Source: an uncultured Candidatus Binatia bacterium
Lineage (GTDB): Bacteria; Desulfobacterota; Binatia; UBA9968; JAJDTQ01
Length of the DNA stretch: 64,000 bases
Reading direction: 5' to 3'
Assembly: GCA_964291295.2 (NCBI GenBank)
Contig: OZ219754.1
Span: 2,784,001-2,848,000, forward strand
The stretch's first letter is position 1, and every line of letters begins with the position of its first letter. Positions 16,583 through 26,711 of this stretch are shown piece by piece. The notes under the pieces are model-generated. The model worked only from the letters and a program-made list of their open reading frames with translations. It made no database searches and was not told where the DNA came from. A program made the position numbers and the translations under genes.

Positions 16583-17608
16583 TCAGCGCCCGGGCGTGGC
16601 GGCCAGCACCTCGTCGAGGCTCGCCGCCACCAGCACGGCCTCCGCCCAGGCCTCCAGTTCGGAGGCCGACGCACGGCGAACCCGCTCGCCCACCGCATCC
16701 GGCACATCACCGAAGCGCAACGCCAGTTGACGAAGAAGAAGTTCCGCCAAGGCCTGTATCCGGCCGCGTTCGATTCCCTTCTCCATTCCCTCGGCTCTTC
16801 CTTCAGCTCTTCCCTGCTCGATTCCCTGCTCCATTCCCTCAGCTCTTCCCTGTTCGATCCAGGCTTGTGCGACTGTGCCCATCAGCGCCTCCCAACGGTC
16901 CGGCTTTGTCCGGCGCAGCGACGCCTCCAGCAAGGGCGGCGTCAGGTTCATGCACTCGGCCATGTAACGCACAATATGACGCTCGAACGCACTCCCTGCA
17001 ACCGGCCCGCCCGTCATCTGGTCCAGAAGATCCGTCGGTATGTCCTCGGCATATACCACCTTGAGCGCCAGAAGCCCGGCCCGCACTTCGGGCGAGACCG
17101 ACAACCGCCCTGGCGCAATCTCGCCAAGGTCATGCAGCACATAGGCGAACTCCCTGACGAAAGGCTCCAACTCCCCGGGCGCGTCGATCATCCCCGGCAC
17201 CGAGGGCGCCGCGGTCCAGCGGCCCCGACCGTGGTAGAAAACCAGCGGAATGATCGCCGGCAGCCGGTCCCCGCCAGCGCCATTCTCGACCTCGCGGCGC
17301 CAGATGTTGACCATGTATTTCAGGAGTTGGAGCGGCGTGTCCGCGTCGACGCGGCTCTTGTGTTCGAGCAGTACATAGAGCCGCGCATCGTGGCCGCTCC
17401 TCAGTCTCACCCGGAACAGCGCATCGCACTGAGTCCGCGCGGCGTCCTCGTCGACGAAGTGGCCCTCCACCGCCTCGGGCGGGGCCTCGGGGTCGAGGAG
17501 AACGGCGACTTCTTGCGGCAGGTATTGCGCCAGCAGCGCGGCGGCGCGGGCCGGCTCGGAGACCAGTACCCGGAACAGCGCATCGTGGGGCGTCGTCGGA
17601 AGGCTCAT
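16583..17608 (-). CDS. Rpn family recombination-promoting nuclease (YhgA-like PD-(D/E)xK)
   Basis: PHDALF, CDALF...YVLLEHKS, LPAIIPLVFYHG, C-terminal (EQG/RAEG) repeats, RQLALRFG...LEAWAEAVL. Confidence 0.9.
   Translation of the reverse strand: MSLPTTPHDALFRVLVSEPARAAALLAQYLPQEVAVLLDPEAPPEAVEGHFVDEDAARTQCDALFRVRLRSGHDARLYVLLEHKSRVDADTPLQLLKYMVNIWRREVENGAGGDRLPAIIPLVFYHGRGRWTAAPSVPGMIDAPGELEPFVREFAYVLHDLGEIAPGRLSVSPEVRAGLLALKVVYAEDIPTDLLDQMTGGPVAGSAFERHIVRYMAECMNLTPPLLEASLRRTKPDRWEALMGTVAQAWIEQGRAEGMEQGIEQGRAEGRAEGMEKGIERGRIQALAELLLRQLALRFGDVPDAVGERVRRASASELEAWAEAVLVAASLDEVLAATPGR
16770..16860 (-). repeat. 12-bp-period coding repeats in the Rpn C-terminus
   Basis: Encodes IEQG RAEG MEQG IEQG RAEG RAEG MEKG IERG. 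Confidence 0.8.
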
Positions 17609-17625
17609 CGGGAAGGTTCCCCGGC

Positions 17626-17778
17626 GTCTTTCGCAGCGTCCCGGAACGGATTGCCGCCATCAAGCACTACTTGGCTTGCCACAATACCAATCCCATACCT
17701 TTCGCCCGGAACACCCCCGTCAATGCCATCCTCCTCAAAATCTCAAAATGCAACGCCATTCATGAGACGTACCACTAG
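17626..17778 (+). mobile_element. IS630 family 3'-end fragment (copy 3)
   Basis: GTCTTTCGCAGCGTCCCGGAACGGATTG...CATGAGACGTACCACTAG, homologous to copies 1 and 2, ending in CTAG. Confidence 0.8.
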
Positions 17779-17793
17779 AAACCAAACCGCCGG

Positions 17794-18972
17794 TCACGGG
17801 GACGGAGGCCGTCTTCCCAGCACCGTCCAGCAGCCGAGAACCAGCGCGGGCGCCGCCAGTCCCATGAACACGGGAAGGAAACCCGAGGCGTCCAGACCTG
17901 CGCTCACCACCATAGGCCCCAGGAACAGGCCGACATCCCCCACGGTCCGTTGCAACGCAAGGGCCTGCGGGCGCCTGGCCGCGGGAACGACGGACAGAAT
18001 GCCCACCTGGCTCGCCAGATTCACCATTCCGGCGCCGGCGCCGATGGCGGTGTGCACGACCAGAAGCGCCGGGAAGCCATCGGTCCAGGGAACCAGCGCA
18101 TATCCCGCCGCCGAAACGAAGTAACCGCCGGCCAGGCAGGCCGTGACCCCCGAGCGGTCGGTCCAGAGTCCGCCGAAGAAGCGCCCGTTGATGTTGCCGA
18201 GCTGGCTGATGCCTCTCATGATGCCATAGGAGCTGACCGACAGCCCCAAGGCTTCGGTGGCGTAGAAGGCCAGCGCGAGAGAGCGGGCCGGCTGGTAGAA
18301 GAGCGAGAAAAAGCTGGAGGCGCAAAAAAGGGCCGCGCCCGGCGCCGCCAGGATGTCCCGAAGGACCCGCAGCTGCAGGCCCCGGCGCTTCCCGTGCGTC
18401 CAGGACGGCGAGGCGCGCACCAGCAGCAGCGGCAGCCATAGAACCACCAGAGCCGACACGGCGAACAGGCCGCGGTATCCGAAATAGTCGGAGATGAAAC
18501 CGCCAAAGGCGATGCCCACCATGGGGCCGGAACCGAGAAACAGGCTCAGAATCCCCATGGCTCGGCCCCGCCGGCCGGATTCCGCTCCTTCGAAGACCAT
18601 CTGGCGCAGGGAGATCTGCACCCACGCCACCCCGGCGCCGATGAAGAAGAACGCCCCGGTGACGGCCCAGGCGCTCGGGAACAGGGCGCAGGCCAGCAGC
18701 GCCAGGCCGGCGAGTGTCACCCCGAAAGCCAGCATGGTCTGGGGTGAGCGCCGGCCGCCGGCAACCACCACGGCCGCGGCATCGAAGGAAAAGCGCCCCA
18801 ACGCGCGCACGCCCAGCGGCAAGGCACTCATGAAGTAGGATGAGCCGAGGCTCTTCATGTAGAGCGGCACGAAGGTGGTGGCGGCGCTCATGGAACTGGC
18901 GACGCAGGCGCCTGCGACGTAGTTGAGCCTTCGCGCCCAACCTTCGCCGGCGATGGCCCGGCTGTTCGGCAT
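17794..18972 (-). CDS. MFS transporter
   Basis: About 12 hydrophobic segments; RRGRAMG...GPMVG, GGLWTDRSG, GDVGLFLGP. Confidence 0.85.
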   Translation of the reverse strand: MPNSRAIAGEGWARRLNYVAGACVASSMSAATTFVPLYMKSLGSSYFMSALPLGVRALGRFSFDAAAVVVAGGRRSPQTMLAFGVTLAGLALLACALFPSAWAVTGAFFFIGAGVAWVQISLRQMVFEGAESGRRGRAMGILSLFLGSGPMVGIAFGGFISDYFGYRGLFAVSALVVLWLPLLLVRASPSWTHGKRRGLQLRVLRDILAAPGAALFCASSFFSLFYQPARSLALAFYATEALGLSVSSYGIMRGISQLGNINGRFFGGLWTDRSGVTACLAGGYFVSAAGYALVPWTDGFPALLVVHTAIGAGAGMVNLASQVGILSVVPAARRPQALALQRTVGDVGLFLGPMVVSAGLDASGFLPVFMGLAAPALVLGCWTVLGRRPPSP

Positions 18973-18985
18973 GGTCCGGCGCGCC

Positions 18986-19399
18986 TCAGTCGAACCGGTT
19001 CCGCACCGCCTGCGGGATGGGCACGGCGCGCATGGAGCGGGCCGTGCCGGAGGCGCGGCCGGCCCACGCGCGGGTCTCGCAACCCTCCACCGCCAGCTCA
19101 CCCTCGCATTCGATCCGGTGCTTCACGACGAACACCTTCGCGCGCCAGGAGTCCACCCAGCTCTCCAGACGCACCCGTTCACCGTGGCGACAGGGACGAA
19201 GATACCTTGCGCCGGTTTCCAGCAACGGCAGTCCGACAATGCCGTGCTCCGCCTCCATCGCGCGGTAGGTCAGTCCCGCCGATGCGAACAGGCGTTCGGT
19301 GGCGCGGTCGAACCAGATGTAGAAGTTCGGGTAGAAAACGATTCCTGCCGAGTCGCAGTCGGCGAACTCGACGTGGCGTTCGGATACGAATCGCTTCAA
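18986..19399 (-). CDS. acyl-CoA thioesterase (4-hydroxybenzoyl-CoA thioesterase family)
   Basis: VEFADCDSAGIVFYPNFYIWFD motif; TTG start with GGAGG RBS. Confidence 0.88.
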   Translation of the reverse strand: MKRFVSERHVEFADCDSAGIVFYPNFYIWFDRATERLFASAGLTYRAMEAEHGIVGLPLLETGARYLRPCRHGERVRLESWVDSWRAKVFVVKHRIECEGELAVEGCETRAWAGRASGTARSMRAVPIPQAVRNRFD

Positions 19400-19517
19400 G
19401 ACAAGACCTCCGTCCTCACGATGCACGGGGCCGTTCGTCCTTCGATACGGGCGGCGGGCACCTTCAGTTCCCCGGCACGATGGTGTAGAGTCCCTCTTGA
19501 GGGAATCGAACGTTCAA

Positions 19518-22025
19518 ATGCGCAAATTCATCGCCGTGCTTTTGGTCCTTATTATAGTTGTTGCCGCATTGCTAGGATGGGCCCTCTACAATATCGACTC
19601 GCTTCTCGCCTCCTACCGGGAGCAGATCATTGCGGCCGCCGAGCGGCACACCGGCCGGAAGGTTGCCTTCGATGGCATCAACGTCGGGTTTCGCGGCGGC
19701 ATCGGCATCCGGGTCCGCGGCTTCTCCCTGGCGGAAGCCCCGGCTTTCGGGACCGGGCATTTCATTCGAGCCGCCGATATCCATGTGAATCTCAGGATTC
19801 GTCCACTGGAGCGCCGGATATCCCTGACCCGGGTGGTCTTCAAGCGGCCGGTGATCCAGGTCATCCGGGACGCCCGCGGCACCTACAACTTCTCCGACCT
19901 GGCCTCGCGCCTGGTTGCGGTGCGGCGATCCCCGCGGTCGAAGGGCTTTCATCGGGTGGCCGACGCCTTCGCCGCTCCCGGCAAACAGGAGTCCGGCCCG
20001 GCCCGGGGACTGCCGGTGTTCGCCGGGATGGTCGTAGACCCCGCGGTTGCCCGGGTGGAGGTCTCGAAGGGGACCCTGCACTATCGAGACCACCGGCGGC
20101 GCCATCAGGCGAGTCTCCGGAAGTGGGATCTGACCGTCGACGACCTGAGCCTGGACCGGCCCTTCAGGGCGGAACTGGCCGCAGCCTTCCTGTCGGACCG
20201 GCAGAACCTTCACTTCAAGGGCGCGGTGGGACCCGTGGGAACGGCCCCCCGCGCCGACGCCATTGGCGTCGACGGCACCGCGGAGGTTGCGCCGCTGTCA
20301 TGGGAGGCCCTGCGGCGGGCCTTTCCCGGGATGAGCGAGGCCTGGCCGAAGGCCCTGGAAGTGACGGGAAGCCTCAAGGGCGATGGGCTCGCCGTCAAGG
20401 GCACCCTGAAGTCACTCCACGTCACCGGGGCCCTGGATCTCACGGACAGCGGTTTGAAGTACGCCGGAGTCCTGGACAAGCCCCGTTCCACGACGCTGCG
20501 GATCGAATCCGACGTGCGTGTGACGCCCGGCGGCATCACCGCCAGGCAACTGGATGCGACCCTGGACGATTTCACCGCCAACGGCCGGGCAGAGCTGGAC
20601 TTCGGCAGTCCGGCGACCCTGGATCTCAGCCTGAACCTGCCGCGCACGGACCTGGGCGGGCTGGAGCGCCGAATTCCCTTGCTGGCCGACTATCGGCTGT
20701 CCGGCCATGCGTCGGGCACGGTACAAGTGACCATGGAGCCGGGCGGCAAGAGCCTTCCACGCATTCAGGGAACGGCCGCGATCCGGAAAGCAAACGCCAG
20801 GGTGCCGGCCTGGAACCGGACTCTGGAGGGACTCTCGGCGACCGTGGAGTTCTCCGGTCACGGCGCCACGTTTCGGCAGGTCTCCGCCCGCATCGGCCAG
20901 ACCCGTCTCGCCGGTCGGGTGACCCTGGAGAGCTTCGCCCCTCTCGCCATCACCTACCGGCTGACGTCTCCGTCGCTCCGGTTGGCGGATCTCGGATTCC
21001 CGCCCGACGGCACCGTGCTGGAAGACGCCCGGGGCTCCGGCCGTCTGACCCGCCGCGACCGCACGGCGAGTCTGTCCTGGGAAGGCGACGTCACCGCCGC
21101 CCGGGGAAAGCTCCTGGGACTCGATATCATCGACTCCACCGCGCGGATCGCCGTCCGGCAGCCGTGGCTGACCCTGGCGCCCCTTCGCCTCAAGACCCTC
21201 GGGGGTTCGCTGGAGGCCGACGGACGGATGCAGATCGGAGTGGACGCTCCACGCTTCAAGGTCACCGGGCGGCTGCGCGGCATCGATATTCGGCAGTACC
21301 TCGCCGGCACCGCCCTGTCCCCCGAGGTGGAGGGATCTCTTGATGCCGATTTCGACGTGACGGGACAGGGCCGGACGTGGGCGGCCGTCAAGCCCACGCT
21401 CGAGGGCACCGCCAAGGCAACCGTGCGAAAGGGCCGAATCCTGGACTTCAACCTTGGCGAGCGGGCCTTGCGGGGGGTCGCCGGCATCAAGCGGCTGACG
21501 TCGCTGCTCAACCGCAACATCAGCGAAAAGTATCCGCACATCTTCAAGAACGAAACCACCGTGTTCGATCAGATCCACACGGAGGTCCGGGCGGTCGGAA
21601 GCCGAATCGTCGTGAACCGCATCGCATTGACGGCCAAGGACTATGAAATCGGCGGCAAGGGCTGGGTGGACCTTGACGGGAACACCGATCTCGACGGCGT
21701 GCTCACGGTGTCGGAGAATCTCGCCGCGGATCTCTTTCCCGGCTTGCGCCTGACGCCCCTCATCAACGACAAGGGGCAGATCGAGGTGCCTTTCACGCTC
21801 CGTGGACCCATGGCATCGCTGAAACTGCAGCCGCGGCTCAAGCTCATACGGACCTTCCTGGAGAAGAGCGTGGGCCGAGGGGTGCAGGGACTGCTGGATC
21901 TGATCCCGGAGCTGGCCCCCCGGGGAAGCAAAAAGGGAAACGGGGAGAAAGCCGAGGAGGCGCCCGTGGATCCGATACGAGGACTCATCAAGCGGACCCT
22001 GAAGCTGTTCGGCGGTGAGCGATGA
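19518..22025 (+). CDS. AsmA family protein
   Basis: N-terminal membrane anchor, TGRKV, RDARGTYNFSDL, beta-rich repeats, C-terminal GKGWVDLDG...VPFTLRG. Confidence 0.8.
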   Translation: MRKFIAVLLVLIIVVAALLGWALYNIDSLLASYREQIIAAAERHTGRKVAFDGINVGFRGGIGIRVRGFSLAEAPAFGTGHFIRAADIHVNLRIRPLERRISLTRVVFKRPVIQVIRDARGTYNFSDLASRLVAVRRSPRSKGFHRVADAFAAPGKQESGPARGLPVFAGMVVDPAVARVEVSKGTLHYRDHRRRHQASLRKWDLTVDDLSLDRPFRAELAAAFLSDRQNLHFKGAVGPVGTAPRADAIGVDGTAEVAPLSWEALRRAFPGMSEAWPKALEVTGSLKGDGLAVKGTLKSLHVTGALDLTDSGLKYAGVLDKPRSTTLRIESDVRVTPGGITARQLDATLDDFTANGRAELDFGSPATLDLSLNLPRTDLGGLERRIPLLADYRLSGHASGTVQVTMEPGGKSLPRIQGTAAIRKANARVPAWNRTLEGLSATVEFSGHGATFRQVSARIGQTRLAGRVTLESFAPLAITYRLTSPSLRLADLGFPPDGTVLEDARGSGRLTRRDRTASLSWEGDVTAARGKLLGLDIIDSTARIAVRQPWLTLAPLRLKTLGGSLEADGRMQIGVDAPRFKVTGRLRGIDIRQYLAGTALSPEVEGSLDADFDVTGQGRTWAAVKPTLEGTAKATVRKGRILDFNLGERALRGVAGIKRLTSLLNRNISEKYPHIFKNETTVFDQIHTEVRAVGSRIVVNRIALTAKDYEIGGKGWVDLDGNTDLDGVLTVSENLAADLFPGLRLTPLINDKGQIEVPFTLRGPMASLKLQPRLKLIRTFLEKSVGRGVQGLLDLIPELAPRGSKKGNGEKAEEAPVDPIRGLIKRTLKLFGGER

Positions 22026-22099
22026 GTCCGGACCGGTCCGGACGCCATCGCCTGCCGATTGCGGCGTGACCACGCCGAGCCTGCGCCGAACCCGATCCA

Positions 22100-24301
22100 A
22101 TGCCGGAGAAGGCAGTCAAGCAACCCGATCTTCCGAAGGAGCCGCTGCACGGCCTGGTGGAGCGGATCACCTTTCACAGTCCGGATACCGGCTTTTGCGT
22201 CCTCCAGGTCAAACTGCGCGGCCGCCGGGAGCTGGCGACGGTGGTGGGCCACGCCGCCGCGGTGAATCCTGGCGAACAACTGGACTGCCAGGGCGCCTGG
22301 GTGAACGACACCACCTACGGCCTTCAGTTTCGCGCTGCCACGCTGCGAGTGATCCCGCCGACGACCCTGGAGGGTGTGGAGAAGTACCTCGGTTCCGGTC
22401 TCATCAAGGGCATCGGACCGCATTTCGCCCACCAACTGGTCAAGGCCTTCGGCGCCGAAGTGTTCGAGGTCATCGAATGCGAACCGGAACGGCTGCGGAC
22501 CCTGGAGGGCATCGGCGCCAAACGGCAGGCACAGGTAACCGGGGCGTGGCGCGAACAGAGGGCGATCCGGGATATCATGGTCTTCCTTCATTCCCACGGC
22601 ATCGGCAACGCCAGGGCGGCGCGCATCCATCGGGTGTACGGCGACGACGCCATCCATCGGATCCGTGAAAACCCCTATCGTCTGGCGCTGGACATCAGCG
22701 GCATCGGTTTCATCACCGCGGACACCATCGCCCGAAAACTCGGCATACCTTCCGATTCGCCGGCGCGGATACGGGCGGCCCTGCACCACGTGCTGTGGGA
22801 GTGCTCCACCGAAGGACACTGCGCGGCGGCCAGGCGCGACCTGGTGGAACGCACGGTGCGGTTGCTTGAGGTCGCCCCCGAGGCGGTGGAGCAGGCCATC
22901 GGACTCGAACTGGCGGCCGAGAACCTCGTGCGTGAATCGCTGGACGGCGAGCCGGCGCTCTTCCTGGCGCCGCTCTTCCGCGCCGAGGCCGGGGTCGCCG
23001 GCCACCTCCGGCGGCTGCTCGAAGGTCCGCCGCCCTGGGGCGGCATCGACAGCGACCAGGGCATCCCGTGGGTAGAGGCCACCACCGGACTGCGCCTTTC
23101 CGCATCGCAGCGGGAGGCCATGAGCACCGTGTTGAGCGGCAAGATCACGGTATTGACCGGCGGACCCGGGGTCGGAAAGACCACCATCGTCAACGGCATC
23201 CTGAAGCTCGTGGAGGCGCGCAACCGGAGGGTGCTGCTGTGCGCGCCCACCGGGCGCGCCGCCAAGCGGCTGTCGGAGTCCGCGCAGGCCGAGGCCCGGA
23301 CCATTCATCGGCTGCTCGAGTTCGACCCCCGGCAGGGGGGCTTTCGCAAGGACGAAGCCGACCCTCTGGATGCAGACATGGTGATCGTCGACGAGGTGTC
23401 GATGGTGGACGTGCTGCTGATGAACCAGCTCCTGAAGGCCGTGCCCTCCCATGCCGCCGTGCTGTTGGTGGGGGACGTGGACCAGCTTCCTTCGGTGGGC
23501 CCGGGCGCGGTGCTGCAGGACATCATCGAGTCAGGACGGGTGCCGACGGTGCGGCTCACGGAGATCTTTCGGCAGGCGGCTTCCTCAAGTATCGTGGTCA
23601 ACGCCCACCGCATCAACGCCGGCGAACCCATCAAGACCCGGGACAGCGCCGAGTTGCAGGACTTCTACTTCATACCGGCGGAAACCCCCGAAGCGATTCA
23701 AGACAAGCTCCTTCAAGTGGTCACCGAACGCATACCTCGGCGCTTCGACATGAATCCGGTCCGGGACATTCAGGTGCTGACGCCCATGAACCGGGGCAGT
23801 CTTGGCACACACTCCCTCAACCTGGAGTTGCAGAAACGGCTCAACGCCGGCGCGGAACCGCGGGTGAGCCGTCTCGGCTGGACCTATGCGCCGGGCGACA
23901 AGATCATCCAGACCGTCAACGACTACGACAAGGATGTCTTCAACGGCGATATCGGCCTGGTCTCGCGGGTTGACCTGGACGAGGGGCACATCCAGGTCGC
24001 ATTCGACGACCGCACCGTGCCCTACGAATTCAACGAACTCGACGAAGTCACCCTCGCCTACGCTACCTCGGTGCACAAGAGCCAGGGTTCCGAGTATCCG
24101 GCGGTGGTCATTCCGCTGGCCATGCAGCACTACCTGCTGCTCCAACGGAACCTGCTCTACACTGCGACAACCCGCGGCAAGCGGCTGGTGGTGATCATCG
24201 GACAACCCCGGGCGCTGACCATGGCGGTGAACAACGTGCGCTCCACCCGACGCCTGACCGGCCTCGCCGCCCGCCTCGCCGGAGCGGCTTCATGGGAATG
24301 A
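22100..24301 (+). CDS. recD2: ATP-dependent RecD2-like DNA helicase
   Basis: HhH motifs (IKGIG, GIGFITAD), TGGPGVGKT, APTGRAAKRL, DEVSM, GDVDQLPSVG, SVHKSQGSE, LLYTATTRG. Confidence 0.93.
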   Translation: MPEKAVKQPDLPKEPLHGLVERITFHSPDTGFCVLQVKLRGRRELATVVGHAAAVNPGEQLDCQGAWVNDTTYGLQFRAATLRVIPPTTLEGVEKYLGSGLIKGIGPHFAHQLVKAFGAEVFEVIECEPERLRTLEGIGAKRQAQVTGAWREQRAIRDIMVFLHSHGIGNARAARIHRVYGDDAIHRIRENPYRLALDISGIGFITADTIARKLGIPSDSPARIRAALHHVLWECSTEGHCAAARRDLVERTVRLLEVAPEAVEQAIGLELAAENLVRESLDGEPALFLAPLFRAEAGVAGHLRRLLEGPPPWGGIDSDQGIPWVEATTGLRLSASQREAMSTVLSGKITVLTGGPGVGKTTIVNGILKLVEARNRRVLLCAPTGRAAKRLSESAQAEARTIHRLLEFDPRQGGFRKDEADPLDADMVIVDEVSMVDVLLMNQLLKAVPSHAAVLLVGDVDQLPSVGPGAVLQDIIESGRVPTVRLTEIFRQAASSSIVVNAHRINAGEPIKTRDSAELQDFYFIPAETPEAIQDKLLQVVTERIPRRFDMNPVRDIQVLTPMNRGSLGTHSLNLELQKRLNAGAEPRVSRLGWTYAPGDKIIQTVNDYDKDVFNGDIGLVSRVDLDEGHIQVAFDDRTVPYEFNELDEVTLAYATSVHKSQGSEYPAVVIPLAMQHYLLLQRNLLYTATTRGKRLVVIIGQPRALTMAVNNVRSTRRLTGLAARLAGAASWE

Positions 24302-24329
24302 GCGGCATTGCGCCCCGCGATGGCCGGAT

Positions 24330-24359
24330 TTGACAGCCCATGCGCCTTTCCAGTAGACG
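24330..24359 (+). promoter_or_regulatory. putative sigma70 promoter of the amidohydrolase operon
   Basis: TTGACA-N18-TAGACG. Confidence 0.5.
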
Positions 24360-24398
24360 GCAACCACCTCCGAGAGATTCCAGCGAGGGTGCACAGAG

Positions 24399-25847
24399 AT
24401 GAAGACACTCGTTCAAGGCGGCTGGGTGGTGGGCTGCGACCACGGGAGACACGAACTGCTGCCCGAGGGCGTGGTGGTCTATGAAGGGGACCGCGTCGTC
24501 CATGTGGGCTACGGCTTCGACGGACCGGTGGACCGGACCATCGACGCCCGCGGCCGGCTGGTGAGCCCCGGCCTCGTCAACTGCCACATTCACGCGGGCA
24601 CCAACGCCCGTCACGTCATGCTGAACGACGCCAGCAAGGCCGACTACCTGGGCATGAATTTCCTGTCCTACGGTGCCATGCGGCGCGGCGCCAAAGGCAT
24701 GGGGCCGCCGCCGCAGGCCGACATCGAAGGCAAGTTCGGAGTGTGGGCGGCGGTGCGCGGCGGCGCCACCACCATCCTGGATGTGGGAACCCGCGGCGCC
24801 ATGATCGAGGGCTTCACCGAGATGATCGGCGCACTGGGGGTTCGCGCCTACCTTGGAGCGGGCTACCGGAGCGCCACCTACGTTCTCGACGACCACGGCC
24901 GCATCCAGTGGGACTGGGACGAGGAAGCCGGCGAGCGGGGCCTGGTGCAGGCGGAGGCCTACGCCAGGAAGCATGACGGCGCCTTCAACGGCCGGATTCG
25001 CGCCATGCTCTATCCCGGACAACTGGACACCTGCACCCCGGAGTTGCTCAAGGCCACGAAGCGGGCCGCCCGGGAACTCGGCATCGGCATACAGCTCCAT
25101 GCCGCCATGAACATCGTGGAGTTCCAGTCCACCGTGCGGCAACGAGGCGTGACACCGGTCCAGTACCTCCATGACCTGGAGTTTCTGGGCGAGGAGGTGC
25201 TGCTGGGGCACTGTGTCTTTCACGGCCGGCACTCCTGGTGCCACTACCCCTACGGCGATGATCTGGCAGTGCTGGCGGACAGCGGCGCTTCCGTGGCCCA
25301 CGCCCCTTACAAGTACGCCAAGATGGGCATCGCGCTGGAGTCCTTCGACAGCTATCGACAGCACGGCATCAACGTGGTGCTGGGCACCGACACCTTCCCG
25401 CAGGACATGGTGCACGAGATGCGCCTGGCCGGGCTCGCCTGCCGGATGGTGGAGGGAAGCTTCCGCGCCGGCAAGCCCCGGGACGTGTACCATGCCGCCA
25501 CCCTCGGCGGGGCCCGGGCGCTGCGGCGCGACGACCTGGGACGACTCGCGCCCGGTGCCAGGGCCGACATCATCGTCGTCGATCTGGGCAAATTCCATTT
25601 CGGTGCCGTGCGCGATCCCATCAAGTCCTTCGTGGAGGGGGGCAGCGGCAGCGACATCGAGACCATCATCGTCGACGGCGAAACCCTGCTGGAGGGCGGC
25701 AAAGCCACCCGCTTCGACGAGACGGCCCTGCTCGACCAGATTCAGGAGCGGGCCCGGCCGGTGTGGGACTCCGTCCCGGAATGGCGCGCGCTGGGCGAGA
25801 CCATCGACGACGTGGCACCCCTGAGCTATCCGGTACGGAAACGGTAG
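24399..25847 (+). CDS. amidohydrolase (chlorohydrolase/deaminase family)
   Basis: PGLVNCHIH, IQLHAA, LGHC, LGTD, ATLGGARAL, GRLAPGARAD. Confidence 0.88.
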   Translation: MKTLVQGGWVVGCDHGRHELLPEGVVVYEGDRVVHVGYGFDGPVDRTIDARGRLVSPGLVNCHIHAGTNARHVMLNDASKADYLGMNFLSYGAMRRGAKGMGPPPQADIEGKFGVWAAVRGGATTILDVGTRGAMIEGFTEMIGALGVRAYLGAGYRSATYVLDDHGRIQWDWDEEAGERGLVQAEAYARKHDGAFNGRIRAMLYPGQLDTCTPELLKATKRAARELGIGIQLHAAMNIVEFQSTVRQRGVTPVQYLHDLEFLGEEVLLGHCVFHGRHSWCHYPYGDDLAVLADSGASVAHAPYKYAKMGIALESFDSYRQHGINVVLGTDTFPQDMVHEMRLAGLACRMVEGSFRAGKPRDVYHAATLGGARALRRDDLGRLAPGARADIIVVDLGKFHFGAVRDPIKSFVEGGSGSDIETIIVDGETLLEGGKATRFDETALLDQIQERARPVWDSVPEWRALGETIDDVAPLSYPVRKR

Positions 25848-25849
25848 CG

Positions 25850-26656
25850 ATGCCCTTCGTCGAAAGAGACGGCGCCAGGCTCTACTACGAAACCCACGGT
25901 TCCGGCCGCCCGTTGCTGTTCCTGAGCGAGACGGCATGTCATTGCGACGTCTGGAAGCTTCACCAGGTGCCGGCGTTCTCACGGGACCATCAGGTGATCC
26001 TGTGCGACTATCGCGGTACCGGACGGTCGGACTGGCCGTCGGAGCCCTACCGTGTCAAGGATTTCGCCGACGACGCCGCCGCGGTGCTTGAGCGTCTGGG
26101 TGCGCGGGACGTGGTCGTTTGCGGCCATTCCATGGGCGGGTCCGTTGCCCAAGTCATGGCCCTGGACCATTCCGACAGGGTCTCCGCCATGATCTGCGCG
26201 TCGGGCCGCGGCTTCCATCCACGGCCCGGCGGCATTCCGCTGCGCATCGCCAGGGAGATGGTGGAGTGGGGTTACGTGCGCTACCTGCGGGATCACGGCA
26301 TCGCCGTGGGATTTACCGAGGAGTTCGTCAAGCGTTTCCCTCAACGCGTCGAGGGCTGCCTGGCCGTGCGCATGGCCCGGCTCAACCCCGTGGAGCACTA
26401 TCTGCGCCACGTCATCGCGCGCCAGCAACACGACCTCCGGGACCGGCTTGGGGAGATCCGCATGCCGACGCTGATCCTGGTGGGCGCGGAGGAACACCAC
26501 ATCACCAGCGACACCTCGCTGCGGCAGGCGGCGGACGTGCTGGCGGCGGCGATACCCGGAGCGGAATTCGTGGAGCTGAAAGGTGAGAAACACAGCTACT
26601 TTTTCGTGAATCCCGACGCGGCCCACGCCGCCATCAGGAGATTCCTGGGCACTTGA
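25850..26656 (+). CDS. alpha/beta hydrolase
   Basis: DYRGTGRS, GHSMGG nucleophile elbow, C-terminal His; 2 nt after the amidohydrolase stop. Confidence 0.88.
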   Translation: MPFVERDGARLYYETHGSGRPLLFLSETACHCDVWKLHQVPAFSRDHQVILCDYRGTGRSDWPSEPYRVKDFADDAAAVLERLGARDVVVCGHSMGGSVAQVMALDHSDRVSAMICASGRGFHPRPGGIPLRIAREMVEWGYVRYLRDHGIAVGFTEEFVKRFPQRVEGCLAVRMARLNPVEHYLRHVIARQQHDLRDRLGEIRMPTLILVGAEEHHITSDTSLRQAADVLAAAIPGAEFVELKGEKHSYFFVNPDAAHAAIRRFLGT

Positions 26657-26711
26657 CCGGCGCGGGCGGCCACCGCCGTCCCGCTGACACCGCCCGCGGG
26701 GAGGGACAAGC

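Noticed and set aside
15424-16710. 428-aa minus-strand ORF as an intact IS630 transposase
   Set aside because: Only ~16117-16520 is IS630-like; the rest is read-through across Rpn and ISAs1-like sequence.
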